A stretch of DNA of 64,000 nucleotides from positions 256,001-320,000 of the forward strand of contig CAVWFS010000018.1 in NCBI GenBank assembly GCA_963754315.1, in the 5' to 3' direction. Within the stretch, counting starts at the first letter, position 1; each line of letters starts with the position of its first letter. The notes under the pieces are model-generated. The model did not search any database. It was not told the DNA's origin and worked only from the letters and a program-made list of their open reading frames with translations. This DNA is from an uncultured Candidatus Rokubacteria bacterium (GTDB taxonomy: Bacteria > Methylomirabilota > Methylomirabilia > Rokubacteriales > CSP1-6). Below are positions 41,488 to 51,634 of the stretch, one piece after another. The position numbers were made by a program, and so were the translations under genes.

Positions 41488-42185
41488 CCACGTGATCCCC
41501 CTGCCTTTGCCGAGTCCGCGGACTCGCCCCGAAGCGTCTGCGTGGGCACGGAGCTGGCGACGTCAAGAACGAACAGTACCGGGTGATGAATCAGTCGCTC
41601 CCACCACGGACCGAGCCAGTCTGTGCGGAGCACCCGGAGGCCGTGGGCGGCGAACAGAGCTGCCCACTCATCGCATGTCCGGAAGGCGAGGGGAACGTTC
41701 ATGGCGCCGCCGTGCCGGAGCGCGTTCAGACGCCGGTCGAGGAGATCGAGCCAGAACCTGTCGAGGCGATTGCGGGCGACCGACTCGGTCACGATGAGCC
41801 GGTGGCGGGTGACCCGACGCGCCTCGTCCAGCACGCGCTCCGGATCGGCGCAGTGATGCAGGGTGAGGAGGAGCACGGTGGTGTCGAACGCGTGGTCCGG
41901 AAACGGTAGCCGCTCGCCGTCGTAGACGACGTACGGACCGGGGGTCTGGGCAAAGGGCCCGACGTCGCTCGCGCAGACCCACACGCTCCCCGGCGCTCGC
42001 GCATGCGCTGTCTCCCCGACACTATTCAGCTCATTGCCGAGGACGCTCCCCACATAGCCTTCGCCGGCGCCCAGGTCCAGCACGCGTCGACCGACGACGA
42101 AGGGAGCCACCGCCATCGCCTCTGCGCGTGCGTAGCGGCGCAGAAACGCCTGCAGGAGTGGCACGCCCCTATGACTCCCGATCAC
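41436..42185 (-). CDS. Class I SAM-dependent methyltransferase
   Basis: VLDLGAGEG, YDGERLPF.D..FD, LHHC; GTGA coupling to the upstream gene. Confidence 0.85.
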   Translation of the reverse strand: MIGSHRGVPLLQAFLRRYARAEAMAVAPFVVGRRVLDLGAGEGYVGSVLGNELNSVGETAHARAPGSVWVCASDVGPFAQTPGPYVVYDGERLPFPDHAFDTTVLLLTLHHCADPERVLDEARRVTRHRLIVTESVARNRLDRFWLDLLDRRLNALRHGGAMNVPLAFRTCDEWAALFAAHGLRVLRTDWLGPWWERLIHHPVLFVLDVASSVPTQTLRGESADSAKAGGSRGYTTSSRVETSPKRFMA

Positions 42186-42926
42186 TTTCCCGTGAGAGAC
42201 TCGAGGAGCTTCCGGGCATCGCGGGTGTCCTTCATGGTCCAGTCGGCGGGATTGGAGGGCGTCGTCTCTTCCAAGACCGCCTGAGCCTCGCGTCGGGCTT
42301 CTGCGATCTTGCCCTTCTTAGCAAGGGTTCTGGCCAGGCCCACTCGCGCCGTGGTGAAGGTAGGGATCTGGTTGAGGGCGGTACGAAAGTTCTCCTCGGC
42401 CTTGTCGAGGTCGCCGCCAAGTACGAGCGGGGACCTCGTAGTAGACGTAGCCCATCACCACGTAAGCGCCCGTGAAATTGGGATCGAGCGCGAGGGTGGT
42501 GGCGAGCTCCTCGCGAACGGTCGGGAGCAGAAACAGCGAGCGAACGACCCCGTTTGTCTGACCCCACCGCCCGGTATTCGTTGCATACCAGAAGCGAGCC
42601 TTCGCATCGCGCGGGGCCAGCTCGATGGCCCGTTTCCCGGCGTGGCGTCCCCGCTCGTAGGCTTCGAGCTTCTGCTCCTTGGTGGCAGCGCGGATGTCGC
42701 CCCAGAGAAAGGATATTCTGGCGAGCCCGATCCAGTTCGTCGGATGGGGGTCGGCGGCCACCGCGCTTTCCAGGTCCGCGCGGAGGCGGTCGAGCTGGGC
42801 GGGATCCTTGTGATACTGAGAGGCAGCCACATCGAGCTGCTCGAGCAAGTGCGTCTGGGCATGCGCCTGTCCCAGGTTCAGCGCGATGAGCACGATCGCC
42901 ACGATCGTGTGCCGGGCGGAGCTCAT
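42182..42926 (-). CDS. Exported TPR protein; frameshift near 42425
   Basis: Signal peptide ending AHA; RAIELAP..A.ARFWYA, LDPNF; C-terminal TPR (GDLDKAEENFR) in another frame. Confidence 0.72.
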
Positions 42927-44035
42927 CACGACGGTGCGGGGACTCGCGGGGCCCACAGCGCATCATTGATGAGGCGCTGGACGTCGGCTGGACCTAAGGT
43001 GGGCGGGCCCACTCCATGACGGGCCAGGGCCCGCCGGGCGTGAGTGTCGTCGAAGCGCACCTCGTGATTCAGATAGTCCCGGTAGCGCCCGAGTATCGTG
43101 CGCAGGCGGCGCTCGAGCACCGACAGGTTCGGGAGCGCCGCCGTTCGCCTGTCCACCAGGGTGAAAACGCGAACGCCGAGGTGCTCGGTAATCATGTCGA
43201 GCATCGATTGCTGCCGGGGTGCTTCGGATACTACCAGATGAAAGGTTTGCCGGGTGCTCTGCCGACACCGAGTGAGCCGGACGATGCTACGCGCGACATA
43301 TCCGAGCGGCACGACATTGAAGCACGCTCGGGGGGCTGCCTCGATGCGAAGAGGCATGCTCGCCCCTGCCGCGTGATGCGCCAGCGCCGCCGCCATGCGG
43401 ATGAAGCGGAAGAGCAGGGTGGATGGCGCGCCACCGAAGGTGGCGGGTCCGCGACCCACCACCGCGCTGGGACGGAAGATGCGAACATCGATGCTCTGTC
43501 GGAGCCCCGCCGCGCGCATCGCCGTTTCTGCCTCGAGCTTGACGCGCTCGTACGGATTGTGAAACTCCTGGCCGACATCGCCCTCGCTTTCCAGCGCCAC
43601 CCCCGTGCGACGCCCGCACACCCAGGCCGTAGACAGGTGCGCCCAGGTGACGAGGCGTCCGCCGGCCAGCCAGTCCAGGAGACTTGTCGGTCCCTCGACA
43701 TGGCCGGCCCGAAATCGGTCCAGATATTCGGGAAAGAACACGGTCTCACCCGCGCAGTTGATCACCGTCGTCACGCTGTCACGCAGTCGGCCGCGCGTGG
43801 CACGCGAGAGGCCGGCCTCTGGCTCGGCCAGGTCTCCTTCGACGACCTCGAGGTTGGCCAGCCGCCCGGCGGCCCCTAGGGCGGATCCCACACGGGTCGC
43901 CGCGCTGCGGCCACCCTGGGCGCGGGCGAGCGCCGTGACCAGGTCGCCGCCGGCCAGAAGACGGCGCAGTACCGCCCTGCCGATAAAGCCGGTGGCGCCG
44001 GTTACCAGCACGCGCCCAGCAGGGGGGCGGTTCAT
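42926..44035 (-). CDS. Extended SDR (fatty acyl-CoA reductase-like NAD-binding) oxidoreductase
   Basis: VTGATGFIG, HLSTA, YERVK, RPSAVVG. Confidence 0.85.
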   Translation of the reverse strand: MNRPPAGRVLVTGATGFIGRAVLRRLLAGGDLVTALARAQGGRSAATRVGSALGAAGRLANLEVVEGDLAEPEAGLSRATRGRLRDSVTTVINCAGETVFFPEYLDRFRAGHVEGPTSLLDWLAGGRLVTWAHLSTAWVCGRRTGVALESEGDVGQEFHNPYERVKLEAETAMRAAGLRQSIDVRIFRPSAVVGRGPATFGGAPSTLLFRFIRMAAALAHHAAGASMPLRIEAAPRACFNVVPLGYVARSIVRLTRCRQSTRQTFHLVVSEAPRQQSMLDMITEHLGVRVFTLVDRRTAALPNLSVLERRLRTILGRYRDYLNHEVRFDDTHARRALARHGVGPPTLGPADVQRLINDALWAPRVPAPS

Positions 44036-44769
44036 CGCGCGGGGTTCTGCCGGTGTGATGCTCCCCACGGGCTACCCGGCTGGCGATCGGCCGGGCCGCG
44101 CCAGCGGCTCGCGTAGCGCTCGGTGTCAAGTCCAAGCGTGTGCAAGAGCAGAAGCCAGACGATGAAGCCCAACGTGCGCCAAGGCCCGCGGGCCAGGAAG
44201 CGGCGGCCCGAGGTGAAAAGTGGAGTCTGGATGAGGGCGGTGGGCCCTAGACGTTTGAGGCGCTGGCTGAGGATCAAGTCTTCCATAATGGCGACGTCGG
44301 TGTAGCCTCCTAGGTCCCGGAATACCTCGGCGCGGACGAAGAGACCCTGGTCACCATAGTGGTTGCTGGTGAACCGGTAACGGACCCGGTTGATGAAGCT
44401 GATGACGACGAGGCTCCAGGCGGGCTCGCTGAAGCGGTGGGCGAAGGCGCCCCCCACGACCCGCTCGTCGTGCACGGCCCCAGCGATGAGCGCGACTCCG
44501 TTACGCGGTGGCAGCGAGTCGGCGTGCAGGAACCAGAGAACCTCCCCGTTCGCGACAGCCGCCCCGGCATTCATGAGCGTGGCGCGCGTGGACCCTCCAG
44601 GCACAAGCAACCGGGCGCGCCCATGGATGGCCGACACGGTGTCGGCCCCGGCTTCCGTCGCCGCCACGATGACCTCGAGGTCCTCACGTCCCTGCAGCTC
44701 ATCAAGATGGTCGAGGCTCCGCCGCAACGCCTCCGCATCGTTCCGCACCGGGATCACGATCGAGATCAT
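44032..44769 (-). CDS. GT2 glycosyltransferase, TIGR04283-like (rSAM/selenodomain-associated transferase 2)
   Basis: ISIVIP, MNAGA, FLHADS, YGDQGLF, IMED, TSGRRF. Confidence 0.85.
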   Translation of the reverse strand: MISIVIPVRNDAEALRRSLDHLDELQGREDLEVIVAATEAGADTVSAIHGRARLLVPGGSTRATLMNAGAAVANGEVLWFLHADSLPPRNGVALIAGAVHDERVVGGAFAHRFSEPAWSLVVISFINRVRYRFTSNHYGDQGLFVRAEVFRDLGGYTDVAIMEDLILSQRLKRLGPTALIQTPLFTSGRRFLARGPWRTLGFIVWLLLLHTLGLDTERYASRWRGPADRQPGSPWGASHRQNPAR

Positions 44770-44910
44770 CCGTCTAGCATGCCTGATCTGCCAGCCCCCA
44801 TGTCACGACCCGGTAAACTCGACTGCGGCTGACTGTCCGGAGGCTTGTCGCCCGGGGTGCTATAGGAACGCTTTTGCGGCAGAAGCTGGTGTCCTTACCC
44901 GGGGATCCCA

Positions 44911-44961
44911 GGCCGCGCGAGCGCGTGGGGGGGCGGGGTCCGTCCGACCCCCTCAAGTTCA
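44911..44961 (-). repeat. Degenerate copy of the REP-like element at 1946
   Basis: Reverse strand TGAACTTGAGGGGGTCGGACGGACCCC..CCCCCCC..GCGCTCG parallels TGAACATGGGGGGGTCGAGGACGACCCC..CCCCCC..GCGCTCG. Confidence 0.5.
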
Positions 44962-45006
44962 CACGCTTGTGACGTCTCCCGGTATGGTGGGGTGCAGACT
45001 ACTGGC

Positions 45007-45540
45007 ATGATGACGCGACGCCAAGCTCGAGATTGCTTGATCGCGGCGGTAGCCTTCGGTGCGTTGGTGGTGACCGGGGTCCACGCCCAGGCGCTCAGAA
45101 TCGGCACCCCGGCTCCCGACCTTGCAGGCGGCCCATGGATCAACAGCGCGCCTCTTACCATCGAAACGTTGCGCGGCCGCGTGGTTCTGGTCGACTTCTG
45201 GACCTACGGGTGAATCAACTGTCAAAATGTGATCCCGCAGTTGCGGGCCTGGCACGCGCGATACGAGGCACGCGGACTCACGATCGTGGGCGTTCATAGC
45301 CCGGAGTTTCTGTGGGAGCGATCGTACAACAACGTCGTGGCCGCCACCGAGCGGCTGGGCATCCGCTACCCGGTGCTCCAAGACAACGATTTCACGGTCT
45401 GGAAGCGCTACGGCGTGCGTGCGTGGCCGACCGCTCTCCTCGTGGATCGCAAGGGGATCGTTCGTTTTCGTCACATCGGGGAAGGTGCCTACGAGGAGAC
45501 GGAGAATCTGATCCAGCGGCTGCTCGCGGAGGGCGGGTGA
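45007..45540 (+). CDS. Exported TlpA/DipZ-like redoxin selenoprotein (UINC; in-frame TGA 45211-45213)
   Basis: ORFs 44992-45213 and 45229-45540 share one frame: signal peptide, VVLVDFWTYG-U-INC, GVHSPEF, AWPT..LVD, HIGEG. Confidence 0.88.
45234..45247 (+). promoter_or_regulatory. Putative bacterial SECIS hairpin
   Basis: CCCGC-AGTT-GCGGG starting 20 nt after the TGA. Confidence 0.55.
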
Positions 45541-47068
45541 GCGCCTGCTGACCTCCCGCGCTCGCTTTCCTCTTTTCGCTCTGCTCGCCATCGTGGTTCC
45601 GGCCACCATCGTGGCCGCCCTCGGGTATGTTTCGCTCCGCCACTGGCAAGCCTCGGCCGAGCTACTGTTTCGCGAGCAGGCGCGCGACACCGCCGTCATG
45701 GCGGCCGACAAGATCGAGATGACCCTGCGTGAGGCCGAAGATACGCTGCTCGATCGCCTGCAGACAGCCCTCGCCGGCGCGCACTCGTTGTCGGGAGCGC
45801 TCGCGCAGTTTCGGGCCGACCATCCGCTCGTGCACCGGCTCTACCTCTTCAACCGTCAGGGCGAGCTTTTGTATCCGGCGAGCCGCCACGAGGGCGACGC
45901 GGCCATCTTCGCCCGCCTCCTGGCCGAGGTCTCGCAGGGGTTCTGGGAACGCGGGGGGCGGCGGGAACTGACGGGCGGCGATCAGATCGCGCTGGCGTCG
46001 GTCCTGCGCGGTCCCGACGAGCGTCCCGTGCTGGCGACCATCACCTGGAACATTGACGTCCTGTGCGAGGCGATCCTGGCCCGGACCTTCCGCGCCCTGG
46101 AAGCGCCGACGATCCTCGCCGTCATCGACGAGCGGGACCGTCCGCTGTACAGCAAGGAACCGCTGGATGGGGCTGATCGCGTCCTCGTCGTGCCTTTCCG
46201 CGAGCGCCTGGCTACCTGGCGCCTGGCTGTGTATCAGGCGCCCGGCCTGTCGCCACGTCAGGCCGTCCGGCGGCAGGTCATGCTGTTCACCGCGGCCTTC
46301 GGCGTGCTCCTGGCCGTTATCGTGGTGGGCATTGCTGTGGCCTGGCGCCTCATGCGACGCGAAGCGGAGATGGCCCAGCTCAAATCCGATTTCGTGGCCA
46401 ACGTGTCTCACGATCTGAAGACTCCGCTCTCGGTGATCCGAATGTTCGGCGAGACCCTCGAGATGGGGCGGGTGACCGAGGCGAGCCAGCGACAGGAGTA
46501 CTACCGGGTGATCGCCCGCGAGAGCGAGCGCCTGTCGCGCCTCATCGAGAACGTCCTCGACTTCGCGCGCATCGAAGGCGGCCGGCGGACTTACGCCATC
46601 GTCCCTACCGCCGTGGAACCGGTCATCCGGGACACGCTTGACGCCTTTGAGCACGCGCTGACCAGTGAGGGCTTCAAGCTCGATGTCCTGATGCCGCCAG
46701 ACCTTCCCGAGGTCCCCCTGGACGGCGAAGCCGTCGCGCAGGCCCTGGGCAACCTTGTCGACAACGCCATCAAGTATTCCGGTGAGCACAAGATTCTCAC
46801 CGTGGAGGCGCGCCTGGTCGGAGCCGAGCTCGCCCTCTCGGTGGCCGATGCTGGAGTCGGGATTCCCCGCGAGGAGCAGGGCAGGATCTTCGAGAAGTTC
46901 TATCGCGCCGGCCGTAGCGAGACCCAGGGCCGCCGGGGAAGCGGCGTCGGACTCACCCTGGTTCGCCACATTGCGGAGGCCCATGGGGGGCGCGTTACGG
47001 TGGAGAGCGCCCCGGGGGCCGGCAGCCGTTTCACTCTGTGGTTGCCCGTGCACTCCACGGCACGTTGA
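45537..47068 (+). CDS. Sensor histidine kinase (two TM, periplasmic domain); probable frameshift just after the GTG start
   Basis: SHDLKTPL H-box, NLVDNAIKY, DAGVGI, GSGVGL; GTGA overlap with the redoxin stop. Confidence 0.9.
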
Positions 47069-47075
47069 GCGCATC

Positions 47076-47750
47076 GTGCCGCGAATCCTGATCGTGGACG
47101 ACGAGCCCGAGATCGTGCGAGGCATCGAGGACAATCTTCGCTTCGAGGGCTTCCAGACCCTTTCCGCCACCAATGCAGAGACGGGCCTGGACCTGGCGTG
47201 CCGGGAGGCGCCTGATCTGATCCTGCTCGACATCATGATGCCCCGTGTGAGCGGCTGGGACGTGTGCCATGAGCTGCGCCGCCGTGGCATCGACGTTCCC
47301 GTGATCATGCTCACCGCACGCGCGGAGGAGGCCGACCGCGTGCGGGGACTGGAGTTGGGCGCCGATGACTACATCACCAAGCCCTTCTCCGTGCGCGAGC
47401 TGATGGCGCGCGTCCACGCGGTGCTGCGTCGGCCAGGTCCGCGGCGCAAGGCGGAGACCCTGGCCTTTGGCATCGTCCGCATCCAGATCCAGGCACGGCA
47501 GGTGTTCAAGGGGGGGCGCGAGGTGCCCATGACCCGCAAGGAATTCGACCTGCTCGTCTATCTGCTCGAGCACCGCGGGGAGATCGTCACCCGCGAGCGA
47601 CTCCTCGACCACGTGTGGGGGTACGAGCGTTTTCCCACGACGCGCACCGTCGACACCCACGTTCTGCGTCTGCGCCGGAAGTTCGAGGCCGATCCCGACC
47701 GGCCTGCCTTCATCCTGACCGTCCATGGCCAGGGGTACAAATTTGCATGA
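47076..47750 (+). CDS. OmpR-family response regulator
   Basis: ILIVDDE, LLDIMMP, GADDYITKPF, TRTVDTH..RLR, GQGYKF. Confidence 0.95.
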   Translation: MPRILIVDDEPEIVRGIEDNLRFEGFQTLSATNAETGLDLACREAPDLILLDIMMPRVSGWDVCHELRRRGIDVPVIMLTARAEEADRVRGLELGADDYITKPFSVRELMARVHAVLRRPGPRRKAETLAFGIVRIQIQARQVFKGGREVPMTRKEFDLLVYLLEHRGEIVTRERLLDHVWGYERFPTTRTVDTHVLRLRRKFEADPDRPAFILTVHGQGYKFA

Positions 47751-47786
47751 GCGTGCGATGCTAGGTCGCACACGGGAGGACACCGT

Positions 47787-48743
47787 ATGCTGGTTCGACA
47801 CGCCCCAATGTTCCGCGACTCCGACACGACCCCCGAGCTTGTCTACGTGAACCGACGAGCCTTCATGATCGGCCTCGGGGCGGTGGCCCTGGTCGGCCCT
47901 TCGGGGAACGCCGAGGCTGCTGCCCCGACACCGGCCCCCCTGTCGTCCGCTCCCAACCCCGCCTATCGGCTGTCCGATAGCCCGACCAAGTGGGAGGACG
48001 CGACGAGCTACAACAACTTCTACGAGTTCGGGGTGAACAAGGACGATCCGGCACGGCTGGCCCACACCCTCAAGCCGCGCCCATGGACCGTGCAGGTGGA
48101 CGGATTGGTGGCCAAGGGCCGCACCTTCGACGTTGACGATCTGATGAAGGTCGCACCGCTCGAGGAGCGGATCTACTCCCTCAGATGCGTGGAAGGCTGG
48201 TCGATGGTCATCCCCTGGATTGGCATACCGCTGGCCGCGGTCCTCAAGCGCGTGGAGCCGACCAGCCAGGCCAAGTACGTTGAGTTCACGACCCTCGTCG
48301 ACCCCGAGCAGTTTCCGGCGCAGCGCAAGGGGTTATTCAGCTTGAGCAGCCTCGACTGGCCGTACACGGAAGGGCTCCGGCTCGACGAGGCCATGCACCC
48401 GCTTACCCTGCTCACGTTCGGCATGTATGGCAAGGTGCTGCCCAATCAGAATGGCGCTCCCGTGCGGATGGTCATCCCGTGGAAATACGGCTTCAAGAGC
48501 GCCAAGTCCATCGTCCGTATCCGTGTCGTGAGTGAGGAGCCGAAGACGGCGTGGAACAAGGCGCAGTCCAGCGAGTACGGGTTCTACTCGAACGTCAACC
48601 CTGCTGTCGATCATCCGCGCTGGAGCCAGGCCACCGAACGCCGCATCGGGGAGTTTCGGCGACGGAAGACACTGATGTTCAACGGCTACGCCGACCAGGT
48701 GGCCTCGCTCTACACGGGCATGGACCTCAAGAAATACTACTGA
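47787..48743 (+). CDS. msrP: Periplasmic protein-methionine-sulfoxide reductase catalytic subunit
   Basis: Tat motif [37 protein letters not shown]. Confidence 0.96.
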   Translation: MLVRHAPMFRDSDTTPELVYVNRRAFMIGLGAVALVGPSGNAEAAAPTPAPLSSAPNPAYRLSDSPTKWEDATSYNNFYEFGVNKDDPARLAHTLKPRPWTVQVDGLVAKGRTFDVDDLMKVAPLEERIYSLRCVEGWSMVIPWIGIPLAAVLKRVEPTSQAKYVEFTTLVDPEQFPAQRKGLFSLSSLDWPYTEGLRLDEAMHPLTLLTFGMYGKVLPNQNGAPVRMVIPWKYGFKSAKSIVRIRVVSEEPKTAWNKAQSSEYGFYSNVNPAVDHPRWSQATERRIGEFRRRKTLMFNGYADQVASLYTGMDLKKYY

Positions 48744-48750
48744 CGGAGCG

Positions 48751-49377
48751 GTGGGTCGCCGCGCGCGCCTGGCCGTCAAGACGCTGGCCTGGGTCCTCTG
48801 TCTTCTGCCCCTGGCGTTTCTCCTCGTGTGGGCGGGCCAGGGTGATCTCACGGCGAATCCCATCAGCTTCATCACGAACTGGCTCGGCGACTGGGCCCTG
48901 CGCATCCTGCTGGTGAGCCTCGCCCTCACCCCGCTGCGGCTGATCACGGGCATGGCGTGGCAGATGCCGTTGCGGCGCCTGCTCGGTCTCTTCGCCTTCT
49001 TCTATGTCGGTCTCCACTTCAGCGTGTGGCTCGCGGTGGATCATTTCTTCGACTGGCATCAGATGGGCACGGACATCGCCAAGCGACCGTATATCACGGT
49101 GGGCATGGCAGCGCTCCTGTGCCTCATCCCGCTCGCGGCCACGTCGACGACCGGCATGATCAAGCGCCTGGGCGCGCCGATGTGGCGGCGGCTGCATCGG
49201 CTTGCGTACGTGGCGGGGCTCCTGGCGTCTGTCCACTTCCTGTGGCTGGCCAAGGTGGGGCGAGTCGAGCAATATGTGTATGCGGGGACCTTGGCCGTTC
49301 TTCTGGGCGTGCGGCTCTGGTTTTCCGGCCAGCGGTTTGTGCGGAGCCGGATGGCCCACGCCCGGGAGGCATCCTAG
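48751..49377 (+). CDS. msrQ: Heme-binding membrane subunit MsrQ
   Basis: LTPLR, RRLLGL.AFFY..LH, KRPYITVG, WRRLHRLAY. Confidence 0.94.
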   Translation: MGRRARLAVKTLAWVLCLLPLAFLLVWAGQGDLTANPISFITNWLGDWALRILLVSLALTPLRLITGMAWQMPLRRLLGLFAFFYVGLHFSVWLAVDHFFDWHQMGTDIAKRPYITVGMAALLCLIPLAATSTTGMIKRLGAPMWRRLHRLAYVAGLLASVHFLWLAKVGRVEQYVYAGTLAVLLGVRLWFSGQRFVRSRMAHAREAS

Positions 49378-49396
49378 GACCGCCGGGCCATCGCGC

Positions 49397-50215
49397 GTGC
49401 GCCTGCTGACCAAGCTCCACACTCTGTACCCCGACAGTTCCGGACGCGCCCGCAAGCGATGGGTGGCTGCTGGGCGTGTCCGTGTCAACGGCCAGGTCGT
49501 GCGTCGTGGCGATGTCGAACTGGGGGCGGCTGACAAGGTCGAGCTGGGCATCGAGGTCCCGCGCGACGCTGACCGCCTGCGCCGCCTGCACGAGGATGAC
49601 GATCTCATCGTGGTCGACAAGCCGCCCGGATTGCTCACCATTGCAACGGAGCGTGAGCGGGAGCGAACCGCGTACCGGATGCTGGCGGGCGACCGGGCAA
49701 CCCACGCGGAGCGGCGGCTCTACATCGTGCACCGGCTCGACCGTGAGACGTCGGGGCTCATCTGTTTCGCCAAGTCTGTTGCTGCCAAACGGGCGCTTCA
49801 GGCTCAGTTCGCCGCGCGTTCGGCCACGCGCATCTACGTGGCCGTGGTCGAGGGGCGGGTCACCCAGGACGAGGGCGTGCTCAGGGCTCGGCTCCATGAG
49901 GACCGCTCTCTGCGCGTGCGCACGACCACCGACCGCCGGGCGAGCCGCGAGGCGATCACCCGCTATCGCGTGCTGGAGCGTCACCGGGAGACCACCCTTC
50001 TCGAACTGAGCCTGATCACCGGACGGCGCGCCCAGATTCGCGTCCAGCTGGCGCAGGCAGGACACCCCATCCTTGGGGATCGCGTGTATGGCAGTCGCCG
50101 TGACCCATTGCGCCGCCTCTGCTTGCACGCCACGCGGCTGGCGTTTCGGCACCCGAGGGACGGCCAGGCGGTGACCTACGAGAGCACCCCTCCGGCCGCC
50201 TTCCGCCGAGTCTGA
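49397..50215 (+). CDS. RluA-family RNA pseudouridine synthase with S4-like domain
   Basis: VVDKPPGL, HRLDRETSG, TGRRAQIR, GHPILGD. Confidence 0.92.
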   Translation: MRLLTKLHTLYPDSSGRARKRWVAAGRVRVNGQVVRRGDVELGAADKVELGIEVPRDADRLRRLHEDDDLIVVDKPPGLLTIATERERERTAYRMLAGDRATHAERRLYIVHRLDRETSGLICFAKSVAAKRALQAQFAARSATRIYVAVVEGRVTQDEGVLRARLHEDRSLRVRTTTDRRASREAITRYRVLERHRETTLLELSLITGRRAQIRVQLAQAGHPILGDRVYGSRRDPLRRLCLHATRLAFRHPRDGQAVTYESTPPAAFRRV

Positions 50216-50231
50216 GACCGCGGCGCGAGCC

Positions 50232-50459
50232 TTACTCCCGCCGTGCGCGGGCTTCGTCGGCGGCCCGGATCTCGTCGGCGAACATGCTGACGTTCAGGGG
50301 GCAGGGGGGCTTATTCTCGTCGACGTACTGACAATCCACCTGGTTGCACTGTACGAAGTGGCCCTGCGGCCGGCCGAAGCCCGGCAGACGCTTGAGACGG
50401 ATCAGCACGGTCTCGGACACCACTGGGCACCAAAACTCACGGGGTCGGCTACGCGGCAT
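50232..50459 (-). CDS. Small Cys-rich hypothetical protein (75 aa)
   Basis: MPRSRPREFWCP...QCNQVDCQY...PCPL; TTGTCA-18-TAAGGT-7-ATG promoter upstream. Confidence 0.65.
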   Translation of the reverse strand: MPRSRPREFWCPVVSETVLIRLKRLPGFGRPQGHFVQCNQVDCQYVDENKPPCPLNVSMFADEIRAADEARARRE

Positions 50460-50593
50460 GACCCCAACCTTACTCGGCCCTAGCCCCCTTTGACAAGGCG
50501 GCCGCACGGCCGTGGGGCGGGGAATTCATCCATCCGCCTGCAGGATCGCATATAGTGAAACGGCGTGCGATCTAGGCGAACCAGGAGGAGTGA

Positions 50594-51630
50594 GTGCGTC
50601 GACTCGCCCGAAAATCGAGTAGCCACGACCGTTCTGCTCGCCGCTCTCGTGCTGCTGGCGACCGGTTGTGGCACGTTGTCCGAGGTGTTGGCACCGCCCC
50701 TCGTGTCGGCGCCACCGCCGCCGCTGGTCGGCGAGATCAGTGCTCCGGAAGCGGCACCGACTCATCACACTTGCGACTGCCTACGAGGTCGCGGACCGCG
50801 TGGCCGCCGCACCACCCGAGCCGACGCGAACGTCGGCTCGCGTCCCAGAGACGCGAGCGGATCCCGCGAGGGCCGCCATCAAGTGAACCGACGCTGGCGA
50901 CGCCGGAGACTGAGCTCCGCGGGGAGATCATCCGGAGGAGCCGGAGGTGGAATCGGAGGCCCCGGATGGAATGGCTCAGGTGCGGGACACGCCCGTCACC
51001 GAGGCCGATCCCGAGGATTACGATCCCTGGGAGCCCTACAACGAGCGGATGTTCGCGTTCAACTACAACGTTGACCGGTACGTACTCAAGCCGGCGGCGA
51101 ACGTCTACCGGCACATCGTTCCCGAGCCGTTCCAGATCATGATCAGCAACGGCTTCGATAACATCCGGTTCCCGGCCCGCTTCGTCAACCTCGTGCTGCA
51201 AGGACGGTTCCGGGGAGCCTTCCTCGAGACATCCCGTTTCGTTATCAACTCGGTGCTCGGTGTCGGGGGTCTCTTCAATCCGGCGACGGACTACTTCGGG
51301 ATTCCGAGATCGTCTGCCGACTTCGGCCAGACGCTCGCTGGGTGGGGGGTAGGGCCCGGGCCTTTCTTCGTCCCCCCCTTGCTGCCGCCGGCCACCGTCC
51401 GGGACTTCATCGGTCGCTTGGCCGACTCAGCGATGAATCCGATTGCGTGGTTTCTCCTCGACTTCTGGCCAGAGGGGCTCGCCATCGGGGCTGGAGAGAT
51501 GCTGAATCAGCGCGCGGTCACCTACGAGCTCTTCCAGGGGGTCGAGGAGACAACCCTCGATCTGTATACCGCGGTCAGGGACGGCTACCTGCGCCGTCGC
51601 GAGCGACAGCTCCAGCGACTCGAGGAATGA
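50594..51630 (+). CDS. mlaA: MlaA/VacJ lipoprotein; frameshifts in the 5-prime part
   Basis: DPWEPYNERMFAFN, RFVINS..GVGG, DFGQTL..WG..PGP; lipobox LATGC in an upstream frame; AGGAGG RBS. Confidence 0.82.
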
Positions 51631-51634
51631 TTCG

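Noticed and set aside
45537..45551. TGC-TGA after the kinase GTG as a third Sec site
   Set aside because: The kinase continues in a different frame, so a single-base indel explains it; no redox fold follows
45662..47314. Long antisense ORFs (also 17088-18425, 32611-33855, 59055-59984 and many others in the track)
   Set aside because: Shadow or alternate frames of well-supported genes, expected at high GC; no recognisable motifs
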